Origin: Plasmodiophora brassicae
Taxonomy: Eukaryota
Direction: 5' to 3'
Length of the DNA stretch: 64,000 bases
Assembly (NCBI GenBank): GCA_036867785.1
Contig: CP145412.1
Span: 1,240,001-1,304,000 of the forward strand
Part shown: piece after piece, positions 39,201 to 50,200 of the stretch
Layout: each line of letters begins with the position of its first letter
Numbering within the stretch: the first letter of the stretch is position 1
Program-made: the position numbers and the translations under genes
Notes under the pieces: model-generated
What the model saw: only the letters and a program-made list of their open reading frames with translations
What the model was told of the DNA's origin: nothing
The model's database searches: none

Positions 39201-41220
39201 AACGATGCTGACATCGACGTGATTCTCGAAATCGCCGGCGAACGTGCACCTTCTGCTGCTGATTCTCCAGACGATATCTCGACTAAGGTTGGACGGTTTC
39301 GCATTTCACGTTTTCGGCCTGAGAATTCATCTGACCTGTCATGTCAGTCCTTCCCGATCGATGTCCGTAAGCGATTGCTGCTCCTGTTTACCGAACAGAT
39401 GCAGAAGGAGGTTCGGAGAATACCTGATATATTGTATGTCGGTTAAACGTCACGCAAGCAAATGTATGAACAGTCTCCTCATGTAGGTCGTCCTGTGCTA
39501 TTCCGTTCCACTTGGAGGAATCCAGGTCGGACCTCGAGTACTGTGGCATCATTGAAGAAGCTCCTCGTCAAAGTACCAAGCCGACGCTTCGTTCCCAGGT
39601 CCTGCACCGCGACGAGGCTCCTGCACGTAACGGTAACGCAGTATCGACTGGTCGTACGTTGTCAGGAACGGGTCTGAAGTCGTCGCGGTTACAGAAGTGG
39701 TGTTTAGCAGGCTAAGCGACGCTGATCTAGAGAAGCCTATATCGGCGACTTCGTTCTCACGACTGCTTGATGGACTTGTTGGGCGCCCTCGGGTTGACAC
39801 GCACACCTTCGTCGTCCTTACACTTCGGGAAGCGTCCTCGTTGTTTGATGCCATAGCGCAAGACGATCATCCCGTCTGGATCACCGGTAGGGATGGCAGC
39901 CGTCGTTACCTTGTTCCGGAAGGTGCTCAACTATGCACGAAGGTCGCTGGTCAGCCTGCCTCCGCAGCGTCGAGTCGGGTGCTATCCTCATCAAATCGAA
40001 GCGCTTCGTTCCAGCGCCATTCAGCACGACCAACACAGCCTTGGTCTGCGCCCGTTTCGCCGACGCCCGCGTCGAAGCAAGCCATCACGACGTCCATATC
40101 CTGCAGCACATCCTCCGATCCAGTACAGAATCCCAGCGAAGACAGTTCTTTGTGGAATGCAGCGGTACAGTTGCTGGTGCCGGTAGACTACGACACCAGG
40201 AATCTTACTCATTGTAGGGCGTGGAAATCGGGTCCGCGACCTGTGTTCCTGGGGTGCCACGCCTCTGAACCGTTTGTTCCACTTCGACGATGCGTCGTTC
40301 TTCACCCACGCTCGTGCGAACTTCTCCAAGCTACGTGCAGCGCTGACGTTGAGGTTTGTCTGCACCGATGCTTGTTCGGGTCTGCTGTGTGTTCATGGAT
40401 CTGGCCATAGGTACGGCGACAACGTCATCAACTGCTTCAAGTACATCGACCGTAACGGAGACGGCAAACTGTCCTACGAGGAACTGCACCAAAGCTTGAA
40501 CGAGCTGGGCCTCGGTTTCGCTCCCGAAGACTTGTATTCTCTGGTTGCAGGTTCGGACATGAATTCTGACGGGTACACTTGTGCATTGCCCATGCAACAC
40601 CATCAGACCTGCTGACGAATTTGGCCAGTATGATCGATTTCCAGGAGTTCACCGTCCAAGTGTTCGACGGCCATGTTTCATCGAACGGCGCCGTGCAGGA
40701 CGCCAATCTTGCTGTAGCGCTGGAGAAACGGGCCGCTGACGATGCGAAGCTTTCAACTGAGTGGAACGAGAAAATGCACCAGGAAGAGGTTCGTCGCATG
40801 GCACGACGTAATGATTCAGGTCGCCGTGGCATTTACACGCGGCTACAGATGCGACGTGAGGCGGCCTACTACGAACTAATGGGCGAAGAAGAACGCAAAC
40901 TGAAGCTGGGCCAGCTGGTCGGGTCGTTGCGCCAGAATTGCAGTACGGCGATCAACGCAGCCAAGACGCTGATGGATTGCGAGCGACAGGCCAGGCCGTT
41001 TGAAGCACTCAGCACCAAAGGGAAACAGGCTCCGGTCCTGAAATCCCTGGAGGCCGTCCAGCAGCGTCGCAACGTGGCCGCGGGAGAACTGTCTGAGTCG
41101 CGAAACAACATCGCCGAGATCAAGAAGGAAATCAGCAAGCTGGATCCACTGTTCCAGAAGGGCGGGTCACTGGTTGAGAAATGGTTCGTGGACTCCGAGG
41201 ACGCATTGGGCGAAGACTAA
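30211..41220 (+). CDS. Giant multi-exon protein with a DUF3638-like P-loop region, two EF-hands and a C-terminal coiled coil
   Basis: Chain of long + ORFs separated by short GT-AG introns. DPRVLAFEFFTGLRLRPSQ...APGSGKSSVIVPLLAL near 36720-36880; EF-hands IDRNGDGKLSYEEL and SDMNSDG|MIDFQEF at 40440-40650. Single-gene model is inferred. Confidence 0.72.
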
Positions 41221-41407
41221 AACGGGCATAAACTGTGGTTGACGTGTTTGAAACGATGACTCGTCATTCTGGTCATTAGCTGCTGCAGCGGAAGCTGTTT
41301 GGTTGCCGAGCTCATTCCCGGAAACGTCTGGAAAGGAAGCGGCTGGCGCGTCTGAGCATTCGAAGGCTACGGCTGGCGTCGGGCATAAAACAGATCTGGG
41401 CGTGTTG

Positions 41408-42807
41408 CTTCCTCCGTTCATTTCATCAAATATGTACAGTGGTCCACACAAAGAGGTCAAACACTCCGGATCGGAAACACGCTACTGCGACAGTCGAATT
41501 GCCCACGATGGGTACAGGTAAGAAGAACCTGACAGACGAGCAGCGGCGCGGCGTTCTACAGAGGCTGCTAGAGCGCTCTGATCGAGGAAGCTCCCTAAGG
41601 GTTGCGTGAGCGAGGTCGCGAAGGAGTTCCGCGTCGGCAGAAAGACATTTGGGCGTATCTGGAAGCAAGCTTAGGCTAAGCTGGGATCAACGACGTGGCA
41701 CTGCAGATGTTTCTCGGCAGATCAAGAGCAACTCAGGCATGAAGAAGCGTGATCGAGGAGTTATGCAGACGAAGGCCATGGAAACCCCCTTTGTCGGCAT
41801 CGGACTACCTATAAAACGTTGTCAGCCGCGACCGAGATCTCAGCGGCGGTCTTGCATCGGATTCGCCGCAAAGGCTTGCTTCTCCTCACTACCAGCGTTG
41901 CAAAGCCCCTATTAACGGACGAGAAGAAAGTTGAACACGTTCGGTACTCACTGTCAATGCTGGGTGAAGCGTCGACGACGTTCTACGGCGCTGAAAACAT
42001 GGTCCATGTTGATGAGAAGTACTTCTACATCACGAAGAATCGTCGAAAATTCTACATCGTTCCGGACGCGATCGTTCCGGAAAGGTACTTCATAACAAAG
42101 GTCATGTTGCCAAACCGCGCTACGATAATGCAGGCAAACGTCACGTTCATCGGGTTGTGGCCGATCGTCAAAAAGGAACCTGCACAACGGGCGTCTCGAA
42201 ACAGGCCCCGTGGCACACTGATAACCAGGTCCTACGAAATGAACCGCGAGGCGCACATTCGCATCATCGTTGAGAACGTGATACCTGCTGTCAAGGAAAG
42301 TGGCCGAAGTCTTCGACAGCACAGCGGATCATCATCCAAACAAGATAATACCAGGTCGCACGCCAAGATATCGGTGATGCCAACATCAACGCAGCAGCCC
42401 AGCTGTCTTTCTACAGACGCGGAACTCGTGCGCGACCTGGCTCACGCAACCCTTAGGGAGCTTCCTCCGGACAGAGCACTCTAGCAGTCTCTGTAGAACG
42501 CCGCGCCGCTGCTCGTCTGTCAGGTTCTCCTTACCTGGACCCATCGTGGACGATTCGACTGTCGCAGTAACAGTTGTCCATCCCACAATTATTAGTGGTC
42601 GAGAGCAGGCGGCATTGTTCCCGATCCGGAGTGTTTGGTCCCCTAATTTAAAACCGCCGATAGATAGCTACCGTCCCTACATCCACAAGAACACTTGAAG
42701 TGATGTCTACCTACCTCTTTGTGTGGATCACTGTATAAATTTGGTGAAATCAACCCCTAATACTGACATGTTTCCCAAATGTCCCTATCATTTCGGAACG
42801 GAGGAAA
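41408..42807. mobile_element. Defective, rearranged Tc1/mariner element of the plant-type DD39D (Stowaway-like TIR) group
   Basis: Ends CTTCCTCCGTTC and GAACGGAGGAAA(TA). Frameshifted transposase from 41508 with VHVDEKYFY, FITKVML, IGLWPIVKKEPAQRASRNRPRGTL, VIPAVKE, QDNTRSH. Confidence 0.88.
41508..42390 (+). pseudogene. Mariner-type transposase pseudogene
   Basis: Frameshifted N-terminus, internal deletions, and truncation shortly after the second catalytic Asp (QDN). Confidence 0.85.
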
Positions 42808-43020
42808 TACATTTGCAGCAAAGAGAAGTGCCCAGGCATTAAAGACACAACGAACTGTTCGACGTCTCCCACGTTGATTGTCACGCAAGCAAGCGTCCGA
42901 ATGTCAACCCGGTCTTGTCTCTCTAGTCTCTACAGTCTACACACAGCTGTTGATCGATGATTGCGCGACCTGCGCGGCGGAGTCCGTCGCGGGGTCCGTG
43001 ACGGGCGTGCGGCGACAGTT

Positions 43021-43785
43021 ATGACGACAGATGCTGCGGAGCGGCAACGGAAGGCGATCGGATTACAGACACTGCTGAGAAAGGGTCGGCGTCATGATCC
43101 GAAAAAGGCCAAGAAAGACAAGTACTATGCCAAAGCGCGTCTGCTGCGTTCTTATCACACCATGTTGAAACGGGAACTGCCCGAATCATCTGCGCCCGCC
43201 GCCGGACATACCATTGGAATTTCACACCGCGTTGAAGAGAAGGACCACCAAGGTGACCGTGGCGACGATGCCGAGGCTGGTGAAGTGGATATGGTGAGCG
43301 CTGATGACGACCATCCCCATCACGGTGAAGGAGTCGCTGACAGCGCTAATGCTGCTGACGACAACCGTGTCGTCTGCAAGTTCTACACGTCCGCGAAAGG
43401 TTGCAAGCGCGGTATGGCATGTGAATTTCGCCATGTTGGCACGCCCATCAAGAAGATTCGCGTCTGCCGGTTCTACACGTCGCGAACTGGGTGCCGGAGC
43501 GGCAGCAAATGCATGTTTGTGCACGAGGGCACGCCGCAAGTTGTCGTACACGATGAGCCCGTTCGCTCATCGATGATCGCGACATGGGAGAAGAAGCAGG
43601 ATGAGATCGAGGAGGCTCAGCGGCAAGCGAAGGAAGAGGCCGAGGCGAAACGCAAAGCGGTCGACGAGAAACGTTCCCAGCGTAAGGTGCAGACGTCTCG
43701 CCTAAGGCAACGAACGGAACGCGGCCAGCCCGTTATGAAGGGCATCATCAACAACCTGCTCGATAAGATCCAAACGGGGATGTAG
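43021..43785 (+). CDS. Fyv7/TAP26(CCDC59)-like rRNA-processing protein with two CCCH zinc fingers
   Basis: YYAKARLLRSYHTMLKRE and C-terminal RTERGQPVMKGIINNLLDKIQ flank two C-x8-C-x5-C-x3-H fingers. Confidence 0.8.
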   Translation: MTTDAAERQRKAIGLQTLLRKGRRHDPKKAKKDKYYAKARLLRSYHTMLKRELPESSAPAAGHTIGISHRVEEKDHQGDRGDDAEAGEVDMVSADDDHPHHGEGVADSANAADDNRVVCKFYTSAKGCKRGMACEFRHVGTPIKKIRVCRFYTSRTGCRSGSKCMFVHEGTPQVVVHDEPVRSSMIATWEKKQDEIEEAQRQAKEEAEAKRKAVDEKRSQRKVQTSRLRQRTERGQPVMKGIINNLLDKIQTGM

Positions 43786-44009
43786 TCCTACTGGTAACTC
43801 CATAAACACGACGCCTTTATTATACAACCAGAATCGGCGTGATGGTCTCGGAGCGTCGTCCGCTTGGACGGTCGTTCAGCGTTCGAGGTGCGCTCCAGTC
43901 GTGGGCGAACGACCTGACAGTTCGGGTGTCCCGCGATCCCCAGGCTTTCCGTCAGGCAGGCGAATCGGCCAACGATATACGGTCCCAGCCGCTAGCGCTT
44001 TAGTATTCG

Positions 44010-45509
44010 TCAAGCGATGCTCGTCCTGGCAATGGAAGCGGCGACCGACTTGTACTCCTTGGTCTTGACGAACCGTTCGAACGTGTCGAGCGACATCAGC
44101 CGGAAGACCTCGTGCAGGCAGTTGTCGAAGATGGAGAACATGGGTGCCATCTGCTTCCACACGTCCGGGTGGACCACTTCCTGCACCTGCTTCGTGTGAT
44201 CCGGGCGCGCTCGACGCCGCTTCTCGTACACCTTCATCGACGATAGCGAAGTGGTTTGGTCGCCGGCCGCCGTCGACGGCGACAACGGGCCAGGCGCCTG
44301 TCCTAGCCGTTGCCGGGCGGCCGTCACGATCCGTACCGCCTCCGTGCTCAGGTTCACCTGCTGGGGCGACTGCGGCGTCAGGAACTTGCCGAAGATGTCG
44401 TCGACGCTGGCCAGGAACGTCGCCTTCGTGGCCGGATCCAGCGGCGTCGTCCGGTCGACCATGGCGTCGAACATGGCGTCCTTGTAGGCGGCGACCTCGT
44501 TCCAGAAGGCGGCGTTCTCCTCGCAGAAGTTCGCCTCGCAGAACGCGGCGAACAGGCGGAACGCGTCCGGGTTCCTCAGCACGGCACGAAGTTGCTGCTC
44601 GCGACGTTCCGTCTGGCGCCCGCCAGGCGACAGCGCGTTCGCCGCCGCCTTCGTGCTGCTGTTGTGCACGTACGACGCGACCTGCAGGGCGCTGGCGTAG
44701 ACGACCTGGCACAGGGACGTGGTCGCCGAAGGCGGCAGGGCGACGAACACGGGCCGCTTGGCGACCAGGAGGGCGAACGGGACCAGCTCCGTGTAGTGAC
44801 GACGAACCGCCCAGGTCAGCATCAGGCGGGTGTCGTCGCTGCCGGACGTGATGCGCTGCAGGCTGACCAGCGTCCACGTTTTGAACGTGAACGCGAACGC
44901 GTAGACGACGACGTCGAGCACGAGGTCGACGCGGTCGCCCGATACGCTGACGGTCGGCGTGAACAGGCCGACGATCAGCGTCACCTGGCGCCAGACGACG
45001 ACCAGGGCGAGGATAGCGACGGCGACGAACGCGGCGGGAATACGCGCGACCTTCAGGTGGAACTCGACGACCATCGAGCTGATGTAGAACAGGGTCGCCA
45101 GGCACTGCGCCATGTCCATGATCGAGAACAGGTGGGCGGCCGGCGCCGGCCAGTCCAGCAGGAGGAGGACGGCGGCGGCGACCCCGGTCAGGGCGCACAC
45201 CACCATCATGCCGAGCAGGACGGATATCGCCAGATGGTGTTTCACGAACGACACGCACGGCAGGCAGAGGGCCTCCAGCACATGACGACGATCGGGCTGC
45301 CTGTCCCCGGCGACCACCAGCGTTCGCGCAATCGTCGACCGTACGGTCGTGGTGACGAGCGCGTCGCTATGCCTCCCGGTGGCCGTACGCGTCTGCGTCC
45401 CGGGCGCTCTCGGCGAGCTGTCCCGCAGGCTGCCGATCCAGACCAGCAACGGGAACAGAGCCTGCGCGACGCCGGCCACGACCAGCCCGACCGCAACGCC
45501 GACCTCCAT
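44010..45509 (-). CDS. Multi-pass transmembrane RGS-domain protein
   Basis: Several hydrophobic helices followed by an RGS box: FRLFAAFCEANFCEENAAFWNEVAAYK, IFGKFLTPQSPQQVNLS, IFDNCLHEVFRLMSLDTFERF. Confidence 0.88.
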   Translation of the reverse strand: MEVGVAVGLVVAGVAQALFPLLVWIGSLRDSSPRAPGTQTRTATGRHSDALVTTTVRSTIARTLVVAGDRQPDRRHVLEALCLPCVSFVKHHLAISVLLGMMVVCALTGVAAAVLLLLDWPAPAAHLFSIMDMAQCLATLFYISSMVVEFHLKVARIPAAFVAVAILALVVVWRQVTLIVGLFTPTVSVSGDRVDLVLDVVVYAFAFTFKTWTLVSLQRITSGSDDTRLMLTWAVRRHYTELVPFALLVAKRPVFVALPPSATTSLCQVVYASALQVASYVHNSSTKAAANALSPGGRQTERREQQLRAVLRNPDAFRLFAAFCEANFCEENAAFWNEVAAYKDAMFDAMVDRTTPLDPATKATFLASVDDIFGKFLTPQSPQQVNLSTEAVRIVTAARQRLGQAPGPLSPSTAAGDQTTSLSSMKVYEKRRRARPDHTKQVQEVVHPDVWKQMAPMFSIFDNCLHEVFRLMSLDTFERFVKTKEYKSVAASIARTSIA

Positions 45510-45696
45510 TCGCTGTGGCCCGTCCACCGATCCACGATCGCGATTAGGTACGCGGTCCTGAGATTCTTCCTCGTGGAACCCAGGGGGGCGCGCACCCCAC
45601 TCTTTGTCTCACGACGGCATCATCATCGTCCAGGCCCGGCCCCGTCAGCGGCGTCGTGGTATCGCAATTGCGCGCGCGGGACGTCCTTCCCACGTC

Positions 45697-46903
45697 ATGG
45701 CGACGCCGGTGACGGTCACGTACGACGACCTGGCGGGCGGGCGCGTCGACAGCAACGCGATCGAGTCGGCGTTCGGGCCGGACGGCCTTGGGATTATAGC
45801 GGTCAGGGGTGTGCCCGGCATCGTGGAGCAGCGCGGCGCGCTGCTGCCGCTGATCGCGACGTTCGCGGCGCTGCCGGATGCGGTCAAGGACAAGTACGTG
45901 GACGTCGTGTCGACGTACAACATCGGGTGGTCGCATGGACGCGAGGCGATGTCGACCGGGAAACCGGACCTGGCGAAAGGCAGTTATTACTTCAACGCCG
46001 TTGCCGACCGCCCTGTGGACGACGACGAGGCCGTGCGCCAGTGGCCGACGTTCTGCACGCCGAACGTCTGGCCAGATGAGGAACTGCCCGACCTTCGACA
46101 TGCGGCCATGGGCCTTGCCCGGACCATCATCGACGTCGGCGCTCTCGTCGCCGCCGCGTGCGACAAGCTGACCGAATCCCGCGCCCCTGGAATCGAGCAC
46201 GGGTGAGGACGAGGGTGGTCGTCTATCGTCGGGCAGCGCCCTAATTGTTGTCCTCGTGCAGCAAACTCGAACGCATCGTTCGCCAGTCTCGCGTTGCCAA
46301 AGGGCGGTTGCTGCACTACTTTGCCCATGGGGCAGGTGCGTCTGATGGGGCTGCCGCCTGTGGCTGGCATAATGACCACAGTACTCTCACTGGGCTCGTC
46401 CCGAACATGTACATCTCCAGCCAAGGCGCAATAGTTGACTGCCCCGACCCTGATGCCGGCCTCTACATCCAAGGTCGGAAACGTGGTTCGCCGATGGTGA
46501 AAGTCGCCATTCCAGCGGACTGCATCGCGTTCCAGGTCGGTGAAGCCGCAATGATCCACAGCGGTGGAGTTCTGGTTGCAACGCCGCACCTCGTCCAGGG
46601 TATTCGGCCGGAATACGGGGCCCGAGGTCAGCGCCCCAGCACAGCCGCTGGTCGCGCTCCCCCTTCCACTCCACTGACGACGTCGGCCGCGCAGGTATCA
46701 CGCGAGAGACGCTGGCTGTGTTCCTCGAGCCCGAATGGGACGAAATCATGAACGTTCCCGCTGCGGTCGACCCGGCGGACCTGCTTGCCAGCCCGGCGGC
46801 TCGCGATCTGCCGCCCGGTGTCCCGTCGCTGGCGTCGCGCTGGGCCCCTGGCGACACCTTCGGCACGTTCACGACAAAAACCGTCGCCGCGTTCTACTCC
46901 TGA
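45697..46903 (+). CDS. 2-oxoglutarate/Fe(II)-dependent oxygenase (IPNS-like fold), 3 exons
   Basis: AFGPDGLGIIAVRGVP, DLAKGSYYFN, GWHNDHSTLTGL (HxD), FQVGE, ATPHLVQG (distal His), SRETLAVF. Confidence 0.9.
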
Positions 46904-46961
46904 TGACTGTCCCGGGCGCCGTGCAGGGCTGCCTGCCGCCCCTGTTCGCAATGATTGTTCC

Positions 46962-47087
46962 CTGCCCCACTTGTAAGTAAAGTTGCCCCACTGGTGAGTA
47001 CAGCTCCCCCACTGGTGACTACATCTGCTCCACTGGTGAGTACAGCTGCCCCACTGGTGAGTACAGCTGCCCCACTGGTGAGTAAAG
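46962..47087. repeat. Minisatellite, 6 x 21 bp
   Basis: Consensus ctgccccactggtgagtacag repeated six times with few substitutions and no spacers. Confidence 0.95.
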
Positions 47088-47234
47088 CTACCTACCCTCC
47101 CGATGTGCCCACGGGCGTTTGTGCGGGCGGAGCTGTACATACTTGCCCGCCACCAGGCGAATGTTTATAATTTGGGACTGCGCCGCGGAACGCGTTTGCC
47201 GTGAAAGGCGTGCCGTTGGCCACAGCGGGCGCTG

Positions 47235-50200
47235 ATGGAGCCGGCGGGCGGCAGCGGCGGGCAGGGCCAGTCGGTCGACACGATCGATACGCTGTCGATC
47301 GCGATACGCCTGGCGAAGTCGCTCCGGTACGCCGGGTGTGCGCAGGGCGTCGATGGGCACGCGACGCCCGCGGTCGTCGGGATCCGGTCGGCGTGGGCCA
47401 ATCCCGACCAGGTCGGCCACTGCGTCAAAGAGCTTGCTGAAATCGTTGATCGTTCCCGTGCGGGTGGTGACCACGTCGATATTCTGTCTGATTCCGCGTT
47501 CCGAGCGCATATATCAGCGCTGACACGGTTCGCGTCGTCGGTCTCCTCGATGACGCCCGCCCAGGATACCTTCTTTGTCGCCGTCGCTGAGCGTCTGGCC
47601 ACAATCCATCGTGTGACTCGACCCCGCCATGGGACACCACTGACGAACCTGCAGATGAGGACATCGGATCGGATTGCGTCATGTGTGTTCGAACTGGCTC
47701 TTGGTGCAATCGCAAGGCAGACCGGTGATCCGGCACTTGTGGCGTCGTGCAGATCATCGATTTCGACCATCTTGTCGGATTCGGACACTGTGGATGACGA
47801 CATTGGCAGCGGTAATGAAGATGATGGCGATGCGCCAACAGCGACTGCGCTCGTTCCTCGTATTCCTGACCTGTCATCTGGAATTGGGTACCGGGAGCAA
47901 TCTCAGCCCCGATTCACGTCGACTTACGGTTCGGATTGGGAGGCCATTCCCGGGCGGGCCATCTTCAGGACCTCGTCGAGCAACGCGATGGAAGTGGATT
48001 TCGAAGGCTTGACGTGCAATGCGTTTGTCAACGTGGCTGATACGGGAGCCGATCTCTCTCATATGTGCAGCCGTCCACGCAACGAGACCGTTCCTCGCAA
48101 CGTTCCTGACGAAGACCCTTCTGAGAACGACGACGTTTTCGACGACGATGACGATGAGCAGAGCTATTTGGAAGATGAGAAGGAGGCGGATGATTCCACG
48201 ACTTATGACAGCAGGGAGGACAGTTCCAGAAAAGCGGCAATAGCGAACGCTAGTCTCGAGAAACGCTTCCACGAGAAACATGACGGGCTGGCGAGGCTAC
48301 TTCGAGCTTGCACGAAATACGTGGCCATTGTCAATGTTCACAGCTCTGCTGCCGACCTTGTTTCCCGGCTATCCATTACTTCATCGTTGCTGGGCATCGT
48401 CGCGTCAATCGAGCGCCCGCTTCCCTCCTCTGAGGCGATCGTCACCGCAAGTATAGCAACATTATGTGCCGTTCTCGACCTGAATGCCCACCTTAGACAG
48501 ACCGTCGCGCGCTCTGGCTGCGAGTATCTTCAGGAATTTGTCACCTTGTCGACCTCCATCAAGGATGTCATTGCTCGCATTCTACATATCTTGAAACATC
48601 ACGCCCCGTTCGTGATCAGCCAGAATGCCCGGATTGCGTCTGCTTCGTCGATCATGCATTCCGTGCTGTGCTATGATGTCGCCAATTTTGACGAGTTGCA
48701 TTCACAGACAGCGTTCCTTTCATTCACGGTCGACCCGTCGTTGCGATCTCGGGACGATGTTGCAGCAGCTGCTGCATCACCCGCTGGGATCGGCGATTCT
48801 GCGAGTCTTGGCGGAAGCGTCAGTACCAGCCATAACAGTTCATGCACAAACCTGGTCGAGTTTGGATCTGGCGAATCGACTACTCTGCGTTTACGGGTTT
48901 TAGAAGGGCTTGCGCTGGGCGCTAGCTTGGTTCCGTTCGCAGCCACTCTAGCAGCTGATGCGATTGACGACTGCTCACTTGGCAGTGCTCGCTCCTCCGT
49001 CAAACTGGGGCCCGCATCCTCCTTTCATAGTGTTCGTGGGGATGTTATCGTGAACGCTGAAGCCGATGCACATTGCATTCATATCGGATCTCAGACCCTG
49101 GACTTGCAAAAGTACCATTCGTTTGAAGAATGCTTGCGCTTGCTTGTTGGGGAAACCGGAGATGATTCTTTGCCCATCACAATATTCGACAAAACCGCGA
49201 TTGCTTTTCTAATGCTGATATGTTCGAGCAAGACGAGCGCTGATGTTGTTGGACTGCGTGAGATATGCGCCTCATTCACGCGGTTCTTGGTGAAGGTGCT
49301 GTCTACAGAAGCGGGCCTTGGAAAGCTTATGCGATTCGTCCGACCTTCCCATCTAGAAGTTGTTGTTGGCGCATCACTCTGTTGCGATTCGTTGTTGACG
49401 TCGGAGCTGCTGTCTCTAGCGAATGCTCTTTCGCGCAGCTCCGCTCTTAGCGATGATCTGCGGCATCGTGTTGTTAAGGCAGTTCTATCTCCAAGTACAT
49501 CTTTTTGGGCGTACTGCTTCCCGGCGGCAACACTTAAAACCGTGTATGTCATGGTTGGGCCCTGCCCGTCCGCTAGATCCATTCTCATCGATCGTCTTCT
49601 TGTCGGATTCGACACCAGAGTCCATTGCCTTCCGGAAGATCTTTCGGCATCTATGCCGTCCATGGCTCAAGACGTTCTTCTGTTGGTCGCCCTTCTAATG
49701 GCCGATGACAGCAATTGTCGCGCGTCTGCACTCCAACGTCTAATGCAGACAGTTATTCGCAAGACCAACATCAGCTTCGGCCCAGTCGTCAACGTTGTGC
49801 ATTCCGCGTGGGCAAGCATCTTATTTGTTCTTAGTTTCCTGGTGAACAGAATTCTGTTGTCCCCATCTTCCCAGCTTCCGGTGGAGTCTTTGGACACTTC
49901 CTTTGACATGGCGGCTCGCGTCGACACGGACAATGCCATGCATGAGTTTGAGTTGCATCTGCTGGAAAAGTTTCCTCAACGCGTTCAATGCCCTGCATTG
50001 ACGTCTTCAGTGTTGCAGTCGGAGTCGGCAGATCAGTTTTGCGACCGCCTGTGGCATATCATGCTGGATCTTTCCAGAAAGATCAGCGCACGAGCTCGGC
50101 AGCAGGAGGCCGACGACGTTTCGCTGACTGTCTTCCAAACCTACGTCTGGCACCGTTTGTCTGAACTGCTGTGCGTTATGATTCCCGCTGCACAGTGCCT

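Noticed and set aside
44310-46079. 589-aa plus-strand ORF and other overlapping ORFs
   Set aside because: Shadow of the GC-rich RGS gene and off-frame of the oxygenase.
46962-47087. Possible CRISPR array
   Set aside because: Units abut with no unique spacers, the context is eukaryotic and there are no cas genes.
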